Shown piece by piece: positions 10,096 to 18,591 of a stretch of DNA of 64,000 bases (its first letter is position 1; each line of letters opens with the position of its first letter). The position numbers and the translations under genes were made by a program. The stretch lies in the NCBI GenBank assembly GCA_016712285.1, contig JADJRK010000001.1, positions 2,821,188 through 2,885,187 of the forward strand, given 5' to 3'. This DNA is from Planctomycetota bacterium (lineage in GTDB: Bacteria; Planctomycetota; UBA8742; UBA2392). Below the pieces are notes generated by a model, which saw nothing but the letters and a program-made list of their open reading frames with translations, was not told the DNA's origin and made no database searches.

Positions 10096-10530
10096 CTAGG
10101 CGTTCATGCAGCACTTCTTGTATTTGCGCCCGCTGCCGCAGGGGCAGGGGTCATTGGGGCCGACCTTGATCGTGGGCTTGCGCTGTTGCTTTTTCAACAG
10201 GTGCGCCGTGGCTGTGACGCGCGCGTAGTTGCCCAGCGCTTCACCGCCACTGAGCCGCCCCGCGTTTGCGCAGTACGCCAGGAAACTCTCCAGCAAGCCG
10301 GGCACGGCTTCGCGCTCGGTTTGCTCAAGTTGCAGGGGCCCAAGACCGATAGCAACGCCGTCGCGGATGCAGGTCTCATCAAGCTCTGCCGGGTCCGCGC
10401 CCGTGCCTTGCAGAAAGGCCACCAGCACCTGCCCGGCGCGTTCACCAAACGCCCGGGCCTGCATCTCGCCCGGCGTGCTGGTTAAATACTCGCTGACCCA
10501 GTGCTCTACGGTTTCAGTGTGCTGGCCCAT
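10096..10530 (-). CDS. SEC-C motif domain protein (YecA/UPF0149-like)
   Basis: C-terminal CPCGSGRKYKKCC metal-binding SEC-C motif; start taken at internal ATG 10530 (MGQHTETVEH) rather than the track start at 10818. Confidence 0.6.
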   Translation of the reverse strand: MGQHTETVEHWVSEYLTSTPGEMQARAFGERAGQVLVAFLQGTGADPAELDETCIRDGVAIGLGPLQLEQTEREAVPGLLESFLAYCANAGRLSGGEALGNYARVTATAHLLKKQQRKPTIKVGPNDPCPCGSGRKYKKCCMNA

Positions 10531-10899
10531 GGGCCCAGAGTAGATTCGAAAGCGGCCGACGCGAAGGCCAATCAACAGAGCCCGCCGCGTCAGCGGTGGG
10601 TTTCCGCGAACAGCGCAGCGCGAGGGCACGCGAACTGCAATTTGGCCACAAAAACACCAAAGCACTAAAGACAGCGTACCAAGAGCTTTCGTGGCAGTTC
10701 CTTTCGTGTTTTCGTGGCTAACCTGCAGTTGGCAGTTCTTTGCGGCCTTCGCGTTCTTCGCGTCGTGCTGTGCCATAGTCGCGCTCGCGTACGCATGGTT
10801 CATGTTGGCGTGGCGCATCTACCTGCGCTGAGTTGCAGCCGGAAACTCCCTTCCCGAAAGCGCCGCCAGAACCGACAATCCTTGGCCACAGGAGACACC

Positions 10900-12354
10900 A
10901 TGAAAGCTGAATGCCTTGAAGCCATTGACGCCGCGAAATCGCTGGGCGCGAACTATGCCGACGTGCGGGTGATTGAGTATCGCCGCGAAGGCGTCGCCCT
11001 GCGCAACGGCCACCCGTGCAACCTTGCCAGCGGCCAGTCCTTCGGCGCGGGCATTCGCGTCATCGTCAACGGGGCATGGGGCTTCGCCAGCACCAACCAG
11101 GTCACAGCCGCCAGCCTGAAAGCCACGTCTGCGCGGGCGGTCGAGATCGCCAAAGCCAGCGCACAGGTCAAGAAGCAGGACGTGCGCCTTGCCCCGAAGC
11201 CGCCGGTCGAAGACATCTGGTGCACGCCCTTCACCATCGACCCGTTCAAGGTGCCGCTGGAACAGAAGCTGGGCCTGCTGTTGCAGATCGACACCATCCT
11301 GCGCAAGAACCCCGCGGTGAAAGTCGCCAGCGCCGCGATGCAGTTCGCGCGCGAGAAGCAGTGGTACATGGACACCGACGGCAGCTTTATCGTGCAAGAC
11401 CTGCTGCGCAGCGGCGCCGGCTACAGCGCGACCGCGGTCGGCAACGGCGAGGTGCAGATTCGCTCATACCCGCAGTCATGGGGCGGCAACCACAAGTGCA
11501 TGGGCTATGAAATCGTGCACGCCTATGACCTGCTGGGCAACGCCGAGCGCATACGCGACGAAGCGGTGGCACTGCTCACTGCGCCCGCGTGCCCGTCCGG
11601 CCGCATGGACCTGATTCTGGACGGCCCGCAGCTTGCCCTGCAGATTCACGAAAGCGTCGGCCACGCCAACGAGCTCGACCGCGTGTTCGGCTATGAAGCC
11701 AACTACGCCGGCCGCAGCTTCATGCTGCCCGAGCTGCACAACCGCAAAGGCGGGTTCAAGTACGGCAGCCCGATCGTGAACCTGGTGGCCGATTGCACGG
11801 TGCCCGGCGGGTTGGCGACGATCGGCTACGACGACGATGGTGTGCGCGCGCAGCGCTTTCACGTGGTGCAGAACGGCATCCACAACGAGTGGTTCACCAC
11901 GCGTGAAACCGCGCCGCTGGTGGACCGCGAGGTTTCAAACGGCTGTAACCGGGCGGAGGGATTCAACAACATCCCGATCACGCGCATCCCGAATTTGAGC
12001 CTGATGCCGGGCGAGTGGGAGTACGACGCGCTGATCGCGGACACGAAAGACGGCATCATCATGGAAGTGAACAAGAGCTGGAGCATCGACCAGATGCGCC
12101 TGAACTTCCAGTTCGGGGCCGAGATCGGCCGCGTGATCAAGGACGGCAAGATCACGGGCATCGTGAAGAACCCGAACTACCAGGGCAACACGCCCGAGTT
12201 CTGGGGCGCCTGCGACGCCATCTGCAACCAGGACCACTGGGACCTGTGGGGAGTCATCAACTGCGGCAAAGGCCAACCCGGCCAAACAGCCGAGATGTCC
12301 CACGGCGGAGCACCAACAAGGTTCCGGGGTGTCGAGGTGGGGATTAGGGGATAG
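10900..12354 (+). CDS. TldD/PmbA-family metalloprotease
   Basis: Track ORF 10714..12354; family-like sequence from MKAECLEAIDAAK onward with the HESVGH region and glycine-rich C-terminus; ATG at 10900 preceded by GGAG. Confidence 0.8.
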   Translation: MKAECLEAIDAAKSLGANYADVRVIEYRREGVALRNGHPCNLASGQSFGAGIRVIVNGAWGFASTNQVTAASLKATSARAVEIAKASAQVKKQDVRLAPKPPVEDIWCTPFTIDPFKVPLEQKLGLLLQIDTILRKNPAVKVASAAMQFAREKQWYMDTDGSFIVQDLLRSGAGYSATAVGNGEVQIRSYPQSWGGNHKCMGYEIVHAYDLLGNAERIRDEAVALLTAPACPSGRMDLILDGPQLALQIHESVGHANELDRVFGYEANYAGRSFMLPELHNRKGGFKYGSPIVNLVADCTVPGGLATIGYDDDGVRAQRFHVVQNGIHNEWFTTRETAPLVDREVSNGCNRAEGFNNIPITRIPNLSLMPGEWEYDALIADTKDGIIMEVNKSWSIDQMRLNFQFGAEIGRVIKDGKITGIVKNPNYQGNTPEFWGACDAICNQDHWDLWGVINCGKGQPGQTAEMSHGGAPTRFRGVEVGIRG

Positions 12355-12826
12355 GCGTAGTGCCCTCAGCACCGGGCGGCAGTCGGAAATCAAAAGGGCC
12401 GTGAAGTTTGATCACGGCCGCTTGCACCTTGGATTGGAGTTCCTTGCATTTCTTGGTGCCCTTGATCGCGGCGTTGAGTTCTGGAATCAGCGCATGTCCT
12501 GGGTTGTCTGGGAGAGGATCGGCCGTCGCACTCAATCCCGTCTCGTGCAGTTTCGATATGCTGATTTCCGCGACACAGAACTGACCGGGTGCCTTGCCCT
12601 GCCTTGTTAACTCGTCAAAGCGCCGCTTGGCCACATCTTCGGGTTTGACGTACTTCTCTCGATCTGCAGACAGGCCAGTCGCGTCCCCTGGAGATGGCTC
12701 AAAGGCCTGGCGCTCCGCCCTTCCCTTTTCAGGGTCGCACCAGCCTGGGCGAACTGGCACCGCCCTAAGCAAGGTCTCCCTTGTTGAATCCACTGGATCT
12801 ACAGGTTCGATAGACGCCCCTGACAT
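12344..12826 (-). CDS. hypothetical protein (island gene 3 of 3)
   Basis: 160-aa ORF whose ATG lies immediately after the stop of the upstream gene (12829-12831); GC lower than neighbours; no recognisable motif; 3' end overlaps the convergent TldD gene by about 10 nt. Confidence 0.45.
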   Translation of the reverse strand: MSGASIEPVDPVDSTRETLLRAVPVRPGWCDPEKGRAERQAFEPSPGDATGLSADREKYVKPEDVAKRRFDELTRQGKAPGQFCVAEISISKLHETGLSATADPLPDNPGHALIPELNAAIKGTKKCKELQSKVQAAVIKLHGPFDFRLPPGAEGTTPIP

Positions 12827-12828
12827 TC

Positions 12829-13296
12829 TTAGCTCGAATGCAGGCGGCTGTACGACTTGTACAAGATCACGTTTCCTTGAAGGAATCCTGTCAACTCTGC
12901 AGAACCACTGGGATTGAACTGCAGTTCGATCTCTCCTTTAGGTGACTGGAACTCCCAATGGAATGCGATGCCACCGTCCACCGTTGGAATCACTCGGTCA
13001 GGCGGCGTGTCGTGTTGTTTTTTGGAGTCCATTGCAAATCGGCACGCAAGGCTCAAGGCGTTCTTACTAATGGACGCCAGGCCATCAGATTCGAACTGTG
13101 ACGGACTACGTCCCCACTCGACAAGCTTCTGATTGATCATTCGAGACCAACTTTCCTTCCACGCCTCCGGTGAACCCAGAATGCTAGCCTGTCCCAAATC
13201 GGTTTCGCAGGCCGTCGTCAGTACGAATTTAGATTGCGTGTCCGGTGCACCGAATACACTCTCAAGCCGTTCAGCGACTTCTCGCATTTCGATCAT
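12829..13296 (-). CDS. hypothetical protein (island gene 2 of 3)
   Basis: 155-aa ORF in a clearly low-GC stretch; start overlaps the upstream stop as ATGA (13293-13296); no recognisable motif. Confidence 0.55.
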   Translation of the reverse strand: MIEMREVAERLESVFGAPDTQSKFVLTTACETDLGQASILGSPEAWKESWSRMINQKLVEWGRSPSQFESDGLASISKNALSLACRFAMDSKKQHDTPPDRVIPTVDGGIAFHWEFQSPKGEIELQFNPSGSAELTGFLQGNVILYKSYSRLHSS

Positions 13297-14114
13297 CTCT
13301 TCATCCTCCAGTAGCTCAGCGCCTCGTCAGATGACATCGAACGGAATCCGGTGACTATTGCTTTTCGGCCTTCCAGCAGCCCCAATCGGATGTCATCGAG
13401 CGATCCATTCCCCGCCATCGGGCCCCTTGCCGTCAAGTTCAGCTCAAGCGAATCCGGGTCACGCTGCCTTCGTGGGTGTACATGGCGTACTCGAACATGA
13501 AGGCGTCCCTCTTTCTCGCCAATGCGGAAATGCCACTCGCCTCCCAAGTTTTCCAATTTCATATTCGGCAGGTCGGATCGGACTCCTGGCAACGACTGAT
13601 TCAGCAGGTTTGCCCAGTCCTTAGGCTCATTCCAAACTGATCCACGTGGGATAAGGTTCAGGTATGTCACCTCCCACTGATTCGCCTTTGGGGCCCCAAG
13701 CCCCATCCCCGAACAGAAGTCTACGAACGCTTGCCACCGTGCTTCAAACTGCGTCAAGCATGCCTCAAACCGGGGATACTGTTTCCCGTCCATTCCCAGC
13801 CAGTTCGAGTGAAGACGACCGTTTTGAAGCTGTACCATCCATTGGTTCGCCTTGTGTATAAACTGGCACCGACCGTCATTTGGCTTGTTGATGTTGACTC
13901 TCAATTGGACAAACATCTGCTCCATCTCGTCGAATGTTTCGAACTGGTCCGGAAGCGCTGTTTGTTCACGCACTGTGGGCCAGTCTTCACCGAGCTGACG
14001 CCAAAAGGCCCCCATGTGAGCAACTGTCCACTTTTCAAGTGGCTCGAACTGAACCCCAAGAACGGTCTCAACTACCGGCGGGTTCTCGAAGTCTGGTAAC
14101 TGGGTCTCGCTCAT
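13293..14114 (-). CDS. hypothetical protein (island gene 1 of 3; N-terminus reminiscent of the TIGR04255 family, unverified)
   Basis: 273-aa ORF in low-GC DNA (about 52-55% by eye); N-terminal FENPPVVETVLGVQFEP resembles, from memory only, the conserved N-terminus of TIGR04255-type proteins. Confidence 0.6.
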   Translation of the reverse strand: MSETQLPDFENPPVVETVLGVQFEPLEKWTVAHMGAFWRQLGEDWPTVREQTALPDQFETFDEMEQMFVQLRVNINKPNDGRCQFIHKANQWMVQLQNGRLHSNWLGMDGKQYPRFEACLTQFEARWQAFVDFCSGMGLGAPKANQWEVTYLNLIPRGSVWNEPKDWANLLNQSLPGVRSDLPNMKLENLGGEWHFRIGEKEGRLHVRVRHVHPRRQRDPDSLELNLTARGPMAGNGSLDDIRLGLLEGRKAIVTGFRSMSSDEALSYWRMKR

Positions 14115-14596
14115 TTCTTGTCTGAATCCGTGTTGGAACTACCTAGGAAAACAACGCCTCCAAGTGAACGAAGAATCCCTCGCCATCAGACTCTACCAAT
14201 GACACATTTCTTTGTGTCCGCCAAATCGTGTGCCGCAAATTGCTTGCTGGCAAAGACATACGACAAGTATGGTGTGTCAGTAACTTTTCGTCAAGTAGCG
14301 CTCCGCGTCGGGTTCGCCGCCATTCAAGTCCCGTCAGTGACAACGAGGGTGGCATGCGCGTCTCGCGCTTGCCGCAGTTCTTGACGGCCGCCATCGGCGG
14401 GACGCCGCTTAGGCTGGCTCAGGGCGGGCCGATGCCACTTTGGCTTGTGCTAGTTGCGTGGTTTCAGAGTCTTGTCGATGAAGCGCTGGATTGCGGCCTT
14501 TACTTCGGGGGCGCGCCATTGGTCGGCTACTTTTTTGTTGTGGTTGGTGAGGGCTTGTACGGCCTGCATTGTGGGGGTGGCGCGCGTTTACGCTGT

Positions 14597-14679
14597 CGCC
14601 CCTGGCGGGGCTTTGGGTCTTTCCGGGCGGTTTACCGGTGGCTTCCGCCACCGGCTATTGGCGGCCGCCCCTGCGGGGC
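14597..14679. repeat. cluster of GC-rich REP-like hairpins next to the IS200-like transposase gene
   Basis: Three short palindromes read from sequence: gcccc-tggc-ggggc, ccggtggc-ttcc-gccaccgg, ccgcccc-tgc-ggggcgg. Confidence 0.45.
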
Positions 14680-14708
14680 GGTACTGCCCTGGCGACATCG
14701 ACGGGCGG

Positions 14709-15239
14709 TCATTCCCGATCGTTTGCCTCGTGGGCGCCGCCGCTTGGCGTGGTGCCCGGTGGCGGCACACCTTCTGAATCGCGCTCGGGCGAAGCTGGGG
14801 GCGCGTCGGGCTCGTCTGTCAGGCCGTGCAGTTCTTTGAACTTGTTCAACTCTTCGGCGAGCGTTTGTTTCTTGTGGTGCTCGGCTTGGTTCTGGATGTA
14901 CTTCTTTGCCTTCTCAATGTGTGAGATGCTGACCGAAAACACGCCGTAGCCTTCCTGCCAGCCGAATTCGTGCCTGGGCCAGGTTTCGTGAATCCACTTT
15001 GACGTGTTAGATTTGATGTCGCGCAGCACGTCTGAAACTGCGTGACGTGGCGCGAACCCGATCAGCAGGTGGGTGTGGTCCTCCACTCCGCCACCTTCGA
15101 GCAATACGCAATCTCGCTTTCGCAGGATGCCGCCAACGTACGGGTAGAGACGTGCGGCGATTTCGGGGACGATCAGCGGTCGCCGATCCTTGCAGGCGAA
15201 GATGGCGTGCAGCGTGACGCTGTGGTACGTGCTTCCCAT
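14709..15239 (-). CDS. IS200/IS605-family Y1 (HuH) transposase, TnpA/RAYT-like
   Basis: Track ORF 14709..15356; HuH motif (EDHTHLLIG), conserved downstream SKW and GYGVFSVS segments, EHHKKQT tail; ATG at 15239 (MGSTYH). A P/G-rich C-terminal tail of about 35 aa is atypical. Confidence 0.7.
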   Translation of the reverse strand: MGSTYHSVTLHAIFACKDRRPLIVPEIAARLYPYVGGILRKRDCVLLEGGGVEDHTHLLIGFAPRHAVSDVLRDIKSNTSKWIHETWPRHEFGWQEGYGVFSVSISHIEKAKKYIQNQAEHHKKQTLAEELNKFKELHGLTDEPDAPPASPERDSEGVPPPGTTPSGGAHEANDRE

Positions 15240-15333
15240 GCACGCACAATAACCGACGTCGCCGGATCTGTCGCCTTTGGAAGGGCTCGGTTCGTGCTTG
15301 TTGCGATGCGGGCGACTTGCTTTCTTGGCGGCT

Positions 15334-15891
15334 ATGCCCGACGCGCATTCTGTCAACCTGCCGGTTCTCCGCCGCCGCTACGCCGACGTGCGGGCCATGT
15401 TGGCGGCTGTGCGCGGGCTGCTGGAAAAGCTGGACTTTGAGGAAATGAAAAAGTCGACCAAGCCGTCGGGACGCAATCTCTGGGAATCGCTTTCGTTCTG
15501 GCTTTGCTACCGCGGGCCCTTCCTGAACATTGTCGAGGGCGTGCCGCACGCCACGTCAGGCGTCATCAATGCCCCGCGCGGCTACACGCTGGAACAGGCA
15601 TGGCAGGCATGGGACGAATCTGTCGCGCGTGCCGACCGGATCATGGCGACGTTTTCTGTCGAGCGCTGGAACACGGACGTGGACTTCTGGATTGACCGTG
15701 AGAAGACGCGCCGCATGAAGGCATGGGAGGTCTTTCTTGCTCACTTCGCCGACCGCCTCGAACACGACTGGCGGATGATGCTTGAGGACATCTGCACCGT
15801 GGGCCACCAGAAGTGGCTGGAAAGCCTGATCGGCGAAGACTGGTACTACTTCCGCGAAGGCGAGAGCCTCAAGGACGTCTACCCGCAGTAG
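15334..15891 (+). CDS. hypothetical protein
   Basis: Track ORF 15277..15891; start taken at ATG 15334 (MPDAHSV); Trp/His-rich helical protein with no secure family assignment. Confidence 0.5.
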   Translation: MPDAHSVNLPVLRRRYADVRAMLAAVRGLLEKLDFEEMKKSTKPSGRNLWESLSFWLCYRGPFLNIVEGVPHATSGVINAPRGYTLEQAWQAWDESVARADRIMATFSVERWNTDVDFWIDREKTRRMKAWEVFLAHFADRLEHDWRMMLEDICTVGHQKWLESLIGEDWYYFREGESLKDVYPQ

Positions 15892-15933
15892 GCGCGCGCC
15901 GCAGATTCGAGGCGGGCGATGCAAGCATCGCCC

Positions 15934-16569
15934 CTACTTCAGCAGCTTGTATGCGTGGGTCCAGACTCCGTGCTTGAAGCCGTAGGCTACCCACGTCATG
16001 CACATCGCCTCCAGGTACCTTGAGCCTTCGATGCCGCCGATGTCGGCTGTCTCCCAGCCGAATTCTTTGAGCAGGCCTTCGGTCTTCTTCTTGGCGGCTT
16101 CGTCGTTGCCGGCAATGAACATGGTCGGCGGGCCGCCGGCCAGTTTTGGCTTGAACATCAGCGCATTGCCCACGGTGTTGAAGACTTTGACGACGCTCGC
16201 TCCCGGCGCGGCTTTCTGGATGTGCTCGCCTAAACTGTCATGGCCGACGATGGAAAGGCGTGGCCCGCCAGTGCTGAAGTCGAGCGGGTTGGTGGCGTCC
16301 CACAGGATCTTGCCCTTGAGCTCGGCCGACGAACCCTTGACGATTTCTTCGCTGACATTGCCGAGCGTGCACAGGGCCACGATCTCGCCGAATTTCGCGG
16401 CATCGTTGAACGTGCCTTCGCTCGCCTTGCCGCCAGCCGACTCAACCCAGGCTTTCGCCTTGGCGTTGCCCGCAGTGCGCGAGCCCATTTTCACTTCATG
16501 GCCCAGCGCGATGAACCCGTTGCCCAGGGCCTTGCCGACGTCGCCGGTGCCGAGAATGCCGATCTTCAT
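15934..16569 (-). CDS. NAD(P)-binding oxidoreductase (NADPH-dependent F420 reductase-like)
   Basis: N-terminal Rossmann motif MKIGILGTGDVGKALG and overall similarity to the NpdG/F420-dependent NADP reductase fold. Confidence 0.6.
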   Translation of the reverse strand: MKIGILGTGDVGKALGNGFIALGHEVKMGSRTAGNAKAKAWVESAGGKASEGTFNDAAKFGEIVALCTLGNVSEEIVKGSSAELKGKILWDATNPLDFSTGGPRLSIVGHDSLGEHIQKAAPGASVVKVFNTVGNALMFKPKLAGGPPTMFIAGNDEAAKKKTEGLLKEFGWETADIGGIEGSRYLEAMCMTWVAYGFKHGVWTHAYKLLK

Positions 16570-16659
16570 GGTGATCTCCGTTATCCCGCCAGAGTGTAGC
16601 GTTCCCTGAAATCAAGCCAACGCCACGGCCTGCTGCCGCCTTCCCGGCTTTTCGGCTCT

Positions 16660-17928
16660 CTACTCGGTGCGGCGCAAGGTCTTGAAACTGATGCCCAGTA
16701 CCCCGCACAACGCGCCGCATAGGCCGCCCCAGAAAAACAACTCGCGCGGCTCCAGCCATTGCAGCGCCAGCCCCGTCGCCAGCGCGCTGAGCGCCGTGAA
16801 GCCCTGCACGGTAATGGCAACCAGCGCAAAGATGCGCCCCAGGCGCTCGCGCGGGTAGTGCCGCTGGATCAGCGTGGCGCGCCCGACCGTGATCAGCGGA
16901 ATGCTCAAGCCGTGCACGAAAATCGCCACCAGGAAAGTCTCGAACGTCTGCAGCCACAAGAACGGCACATACGTAACGCCATCCAGCAACATCCCCCAGA
17001 TCACAAGCCGCCCGGTGCGCAGCTTGCGGCCAAAGCGCGCCAGCAGCAGCGTGCCGACAAGCCAGCCCGCGCCCAGGCAGGCTTCGAACACGCCATAGGC
17101 CCAGATCTCGAGGCCGAGCGTTCCCTTGATCAGGAACATCGCGCCGACAATCGCGGGGCCCATGATGAAGAAGTTGTCGACGGCGGTCAGAAAAAGCAGC
17201 GAGCGCAGACGCGCGTCACGCCAGGCCGTGCTCAGGCTTTCGCGCAGCTCGGACAGCGAACTGGGCCGCACGCCGGCTTGCGCCAGGGTCTTGCGCGGGG
17301 TGCGAATCAGCAGAATGCACGCAAAGCTGACCAGAAAGCTGCCAGCGTCGGCAACCAGCAGCCACGCGATGCCGTCGGCCCCGGCGCGCTCGCCGGCGAT
17401 CGCGGGCGCCAGCAGAATGCCCACCAGCCCGGCACCCAGGATCACGGCGAGTTGCTGGCTCGTCTGGAAGATGCTGTTCACGCGCAGCAGGTTGGCGCCC
17501 TCGGCCAAGTCAGGGATCAACGCGTCGCGGGCGGGGTTGAACAGAGTGGCAAAGCCGTAGCTGGCAAAGGCGACTACCGGCAGCAGCCACCAGTCCAGCC
17601 AACCCAGGAAGTGCAGCAGCGGAATCGCACCGACAATCAGCGCCCGGGCGATGTCAGAAAGCAGCATCGCGCCACGCCGCGAGAAGCGGTCCACCAGCAC
17701 GCCCGCGTAGGCACCGAACAGCAGAAAGGGCAGCGCATCCATCATGCGCGTCAAGCCAACCTGCGTCTCAGAGTGCGGCCCGACCAGGTAGATCACAAAG
17801 AAGCCGACCGACACCGAGAACACCGAGTCACCAGTGCCCGAAACAAACTGCCCCACCCAAAGCAGGAACAGGTTGCGCGTGCGGCGAGAGGCCACTGGCG
17901 CGGCAGTCTGGGCGACGGGCTGATTCAT
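16660..17928 (-). CDS. MFS transporter
   Basis: About 12 predicted TM helices with MFS-like loop motifs; start taken at ATG 17928 (MNQPVAQ); the + ORF 16759..17943 is an antisense shadow. Confidence 0.75.
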   Translation of the reverse strand: MNQPVAQTAAPVASRRTRNLFLLWVGQFVSGTGDSVFSVSVGFFVIYLVGPHSETQVGLTRMMDALPFLLFGAYAGVLVDRFSRRGAMLLSDIARALIVGAIPLLHFLGWLDWWLLPVVAFASYGFATLFNPARDALIPDLAEGANLLRVNSIFQTSQQLAVILGAGLVGILLAPAIAGERAGADGIAWLLVADAGSFLVSFACILLIRTPRKTLAQAGVRPSSLSELRESLSTAWRDARLRSLLFLTAVDNFFIMGPAIVGAMFLIKGTLGLEIWAYGVFEACLGAGWLVGTLLLARFGRKLRTGRLVIWGMLLDGVTYVPFLWLQTFETFLVAIFVHGLSIPLITVGRATLIQRHYPRERLGRIFALVAITVQGFTALSALATGLALQWLEPRELFFWGGLCGALCGVLGISFKTLRRTE

Positions 17929-18000
17929 GGGTGCGGAGTCTAGCCCGGGCCACCTGCGTTGTCCTTGCCGCCCGTGCGGCATTCGCTAGCCTTGCGCGCC

Positions 18001-18582
18001 ATGGCTGGAAACATGGAACAGGCACGGTTGGCGTTTGTCGGCATGGTCGATGACCTCTACCAGCGCGGCGCCACCGGCCGCACCGTCATCGCCCTTGAGC
18101 TGGCGCAGGAACTGCTGGCTGCGGCCTTTGAATCAGCGGCCACGGGGCAGGACGAAGCCGAGATCACCAACGTGCGGCTTGACCTGTTTGAAGACGCAGG
18201 CTTGTTCTCGTGCAACATCAAGGTCAAGGGCAAGGCCTGGCCGCCGCGCCCGCCCGTCGATACGCGCGTTGAACTGGGAGTGCGCGACGTGACGCACAGC
18301 GAAGCCGGCGAATCCGGCAGCGTGATGTTCCGGGTTGAAAAACCGCTGCATTTCTCCAGCACATTCGCCGACATGCTGATCGGCCTGCTGGGAAAAATCG
18401 TGCGCAAGCTGCCCGTGAGCATCGACGCGCTGCGCCACAAAGACGCGCTGGTCACCATTGATTTTGCGCAGTTCGTGAAGGCATTCCGGCCCGAGCTTGG
18501 CGCGCACGCCCGGCAGGTGCGGCTGTACGCGTTGAAGGTTTCGGCCGGCAAGGCCAAGGTCGAGATCGGCTTTCTCAAGTAA
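18001..18582 (+). CDS. hypothetical protein
   Basis: Track ORF 17959..18582; plausible coding composition, no motif recognised; start uncertain (ATG at 18001 or 18013). Confidence 0.45.
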   Translation: MAGNMEQARLAFVGMVDDLYQRGATGRTVIALELAQELLAAAFESAATGQDEAEITNVRLDLFEDAGLFSCNIKVKGKAWPPRPPVDTRVELGVRDVTHSEAGESGSVMFRVEKPLHFSSTFADMLIGLLGKIVRKLPVSIDALRHKDALVTIDFAQFVKAFRPELGAHARQVRLYALKVSAGKAKVEIGFLK

Positions 18583-18591
18583 CGCCTGCCC

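Noticed and set aside
10531-10818. N-terminal extension of the SEC-C protein ORF (track start at 10818)
   Set aside because: The extension is Ala/Lys-rich and runs through the divergent promoter region; a better-placed internal ATG at 10530 gives a protein of typical size.
14118-14384. 88-aa + strand ORF (TTG start) in the spacer upstream of the low-GC operon
   Set aside because: Non-ATG start, no ribosome-binding site, sits in the likely promoter region of the minus-strand operon, and has no motif; treated as non-coding.
14228-14839. 203-aa + strand ORF across the REP-like hairpin region
   Set aside because: Runs through GC-rich palindromes and antisense to the transposase tail; Gly/Arg/Ala-rich; judged spurious.
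16759-17943. 394-aa + strand ORF
   Set aside because: Antisense to the MFS transporter; Gln/Arg/His-rich with no hydrophobic helices.
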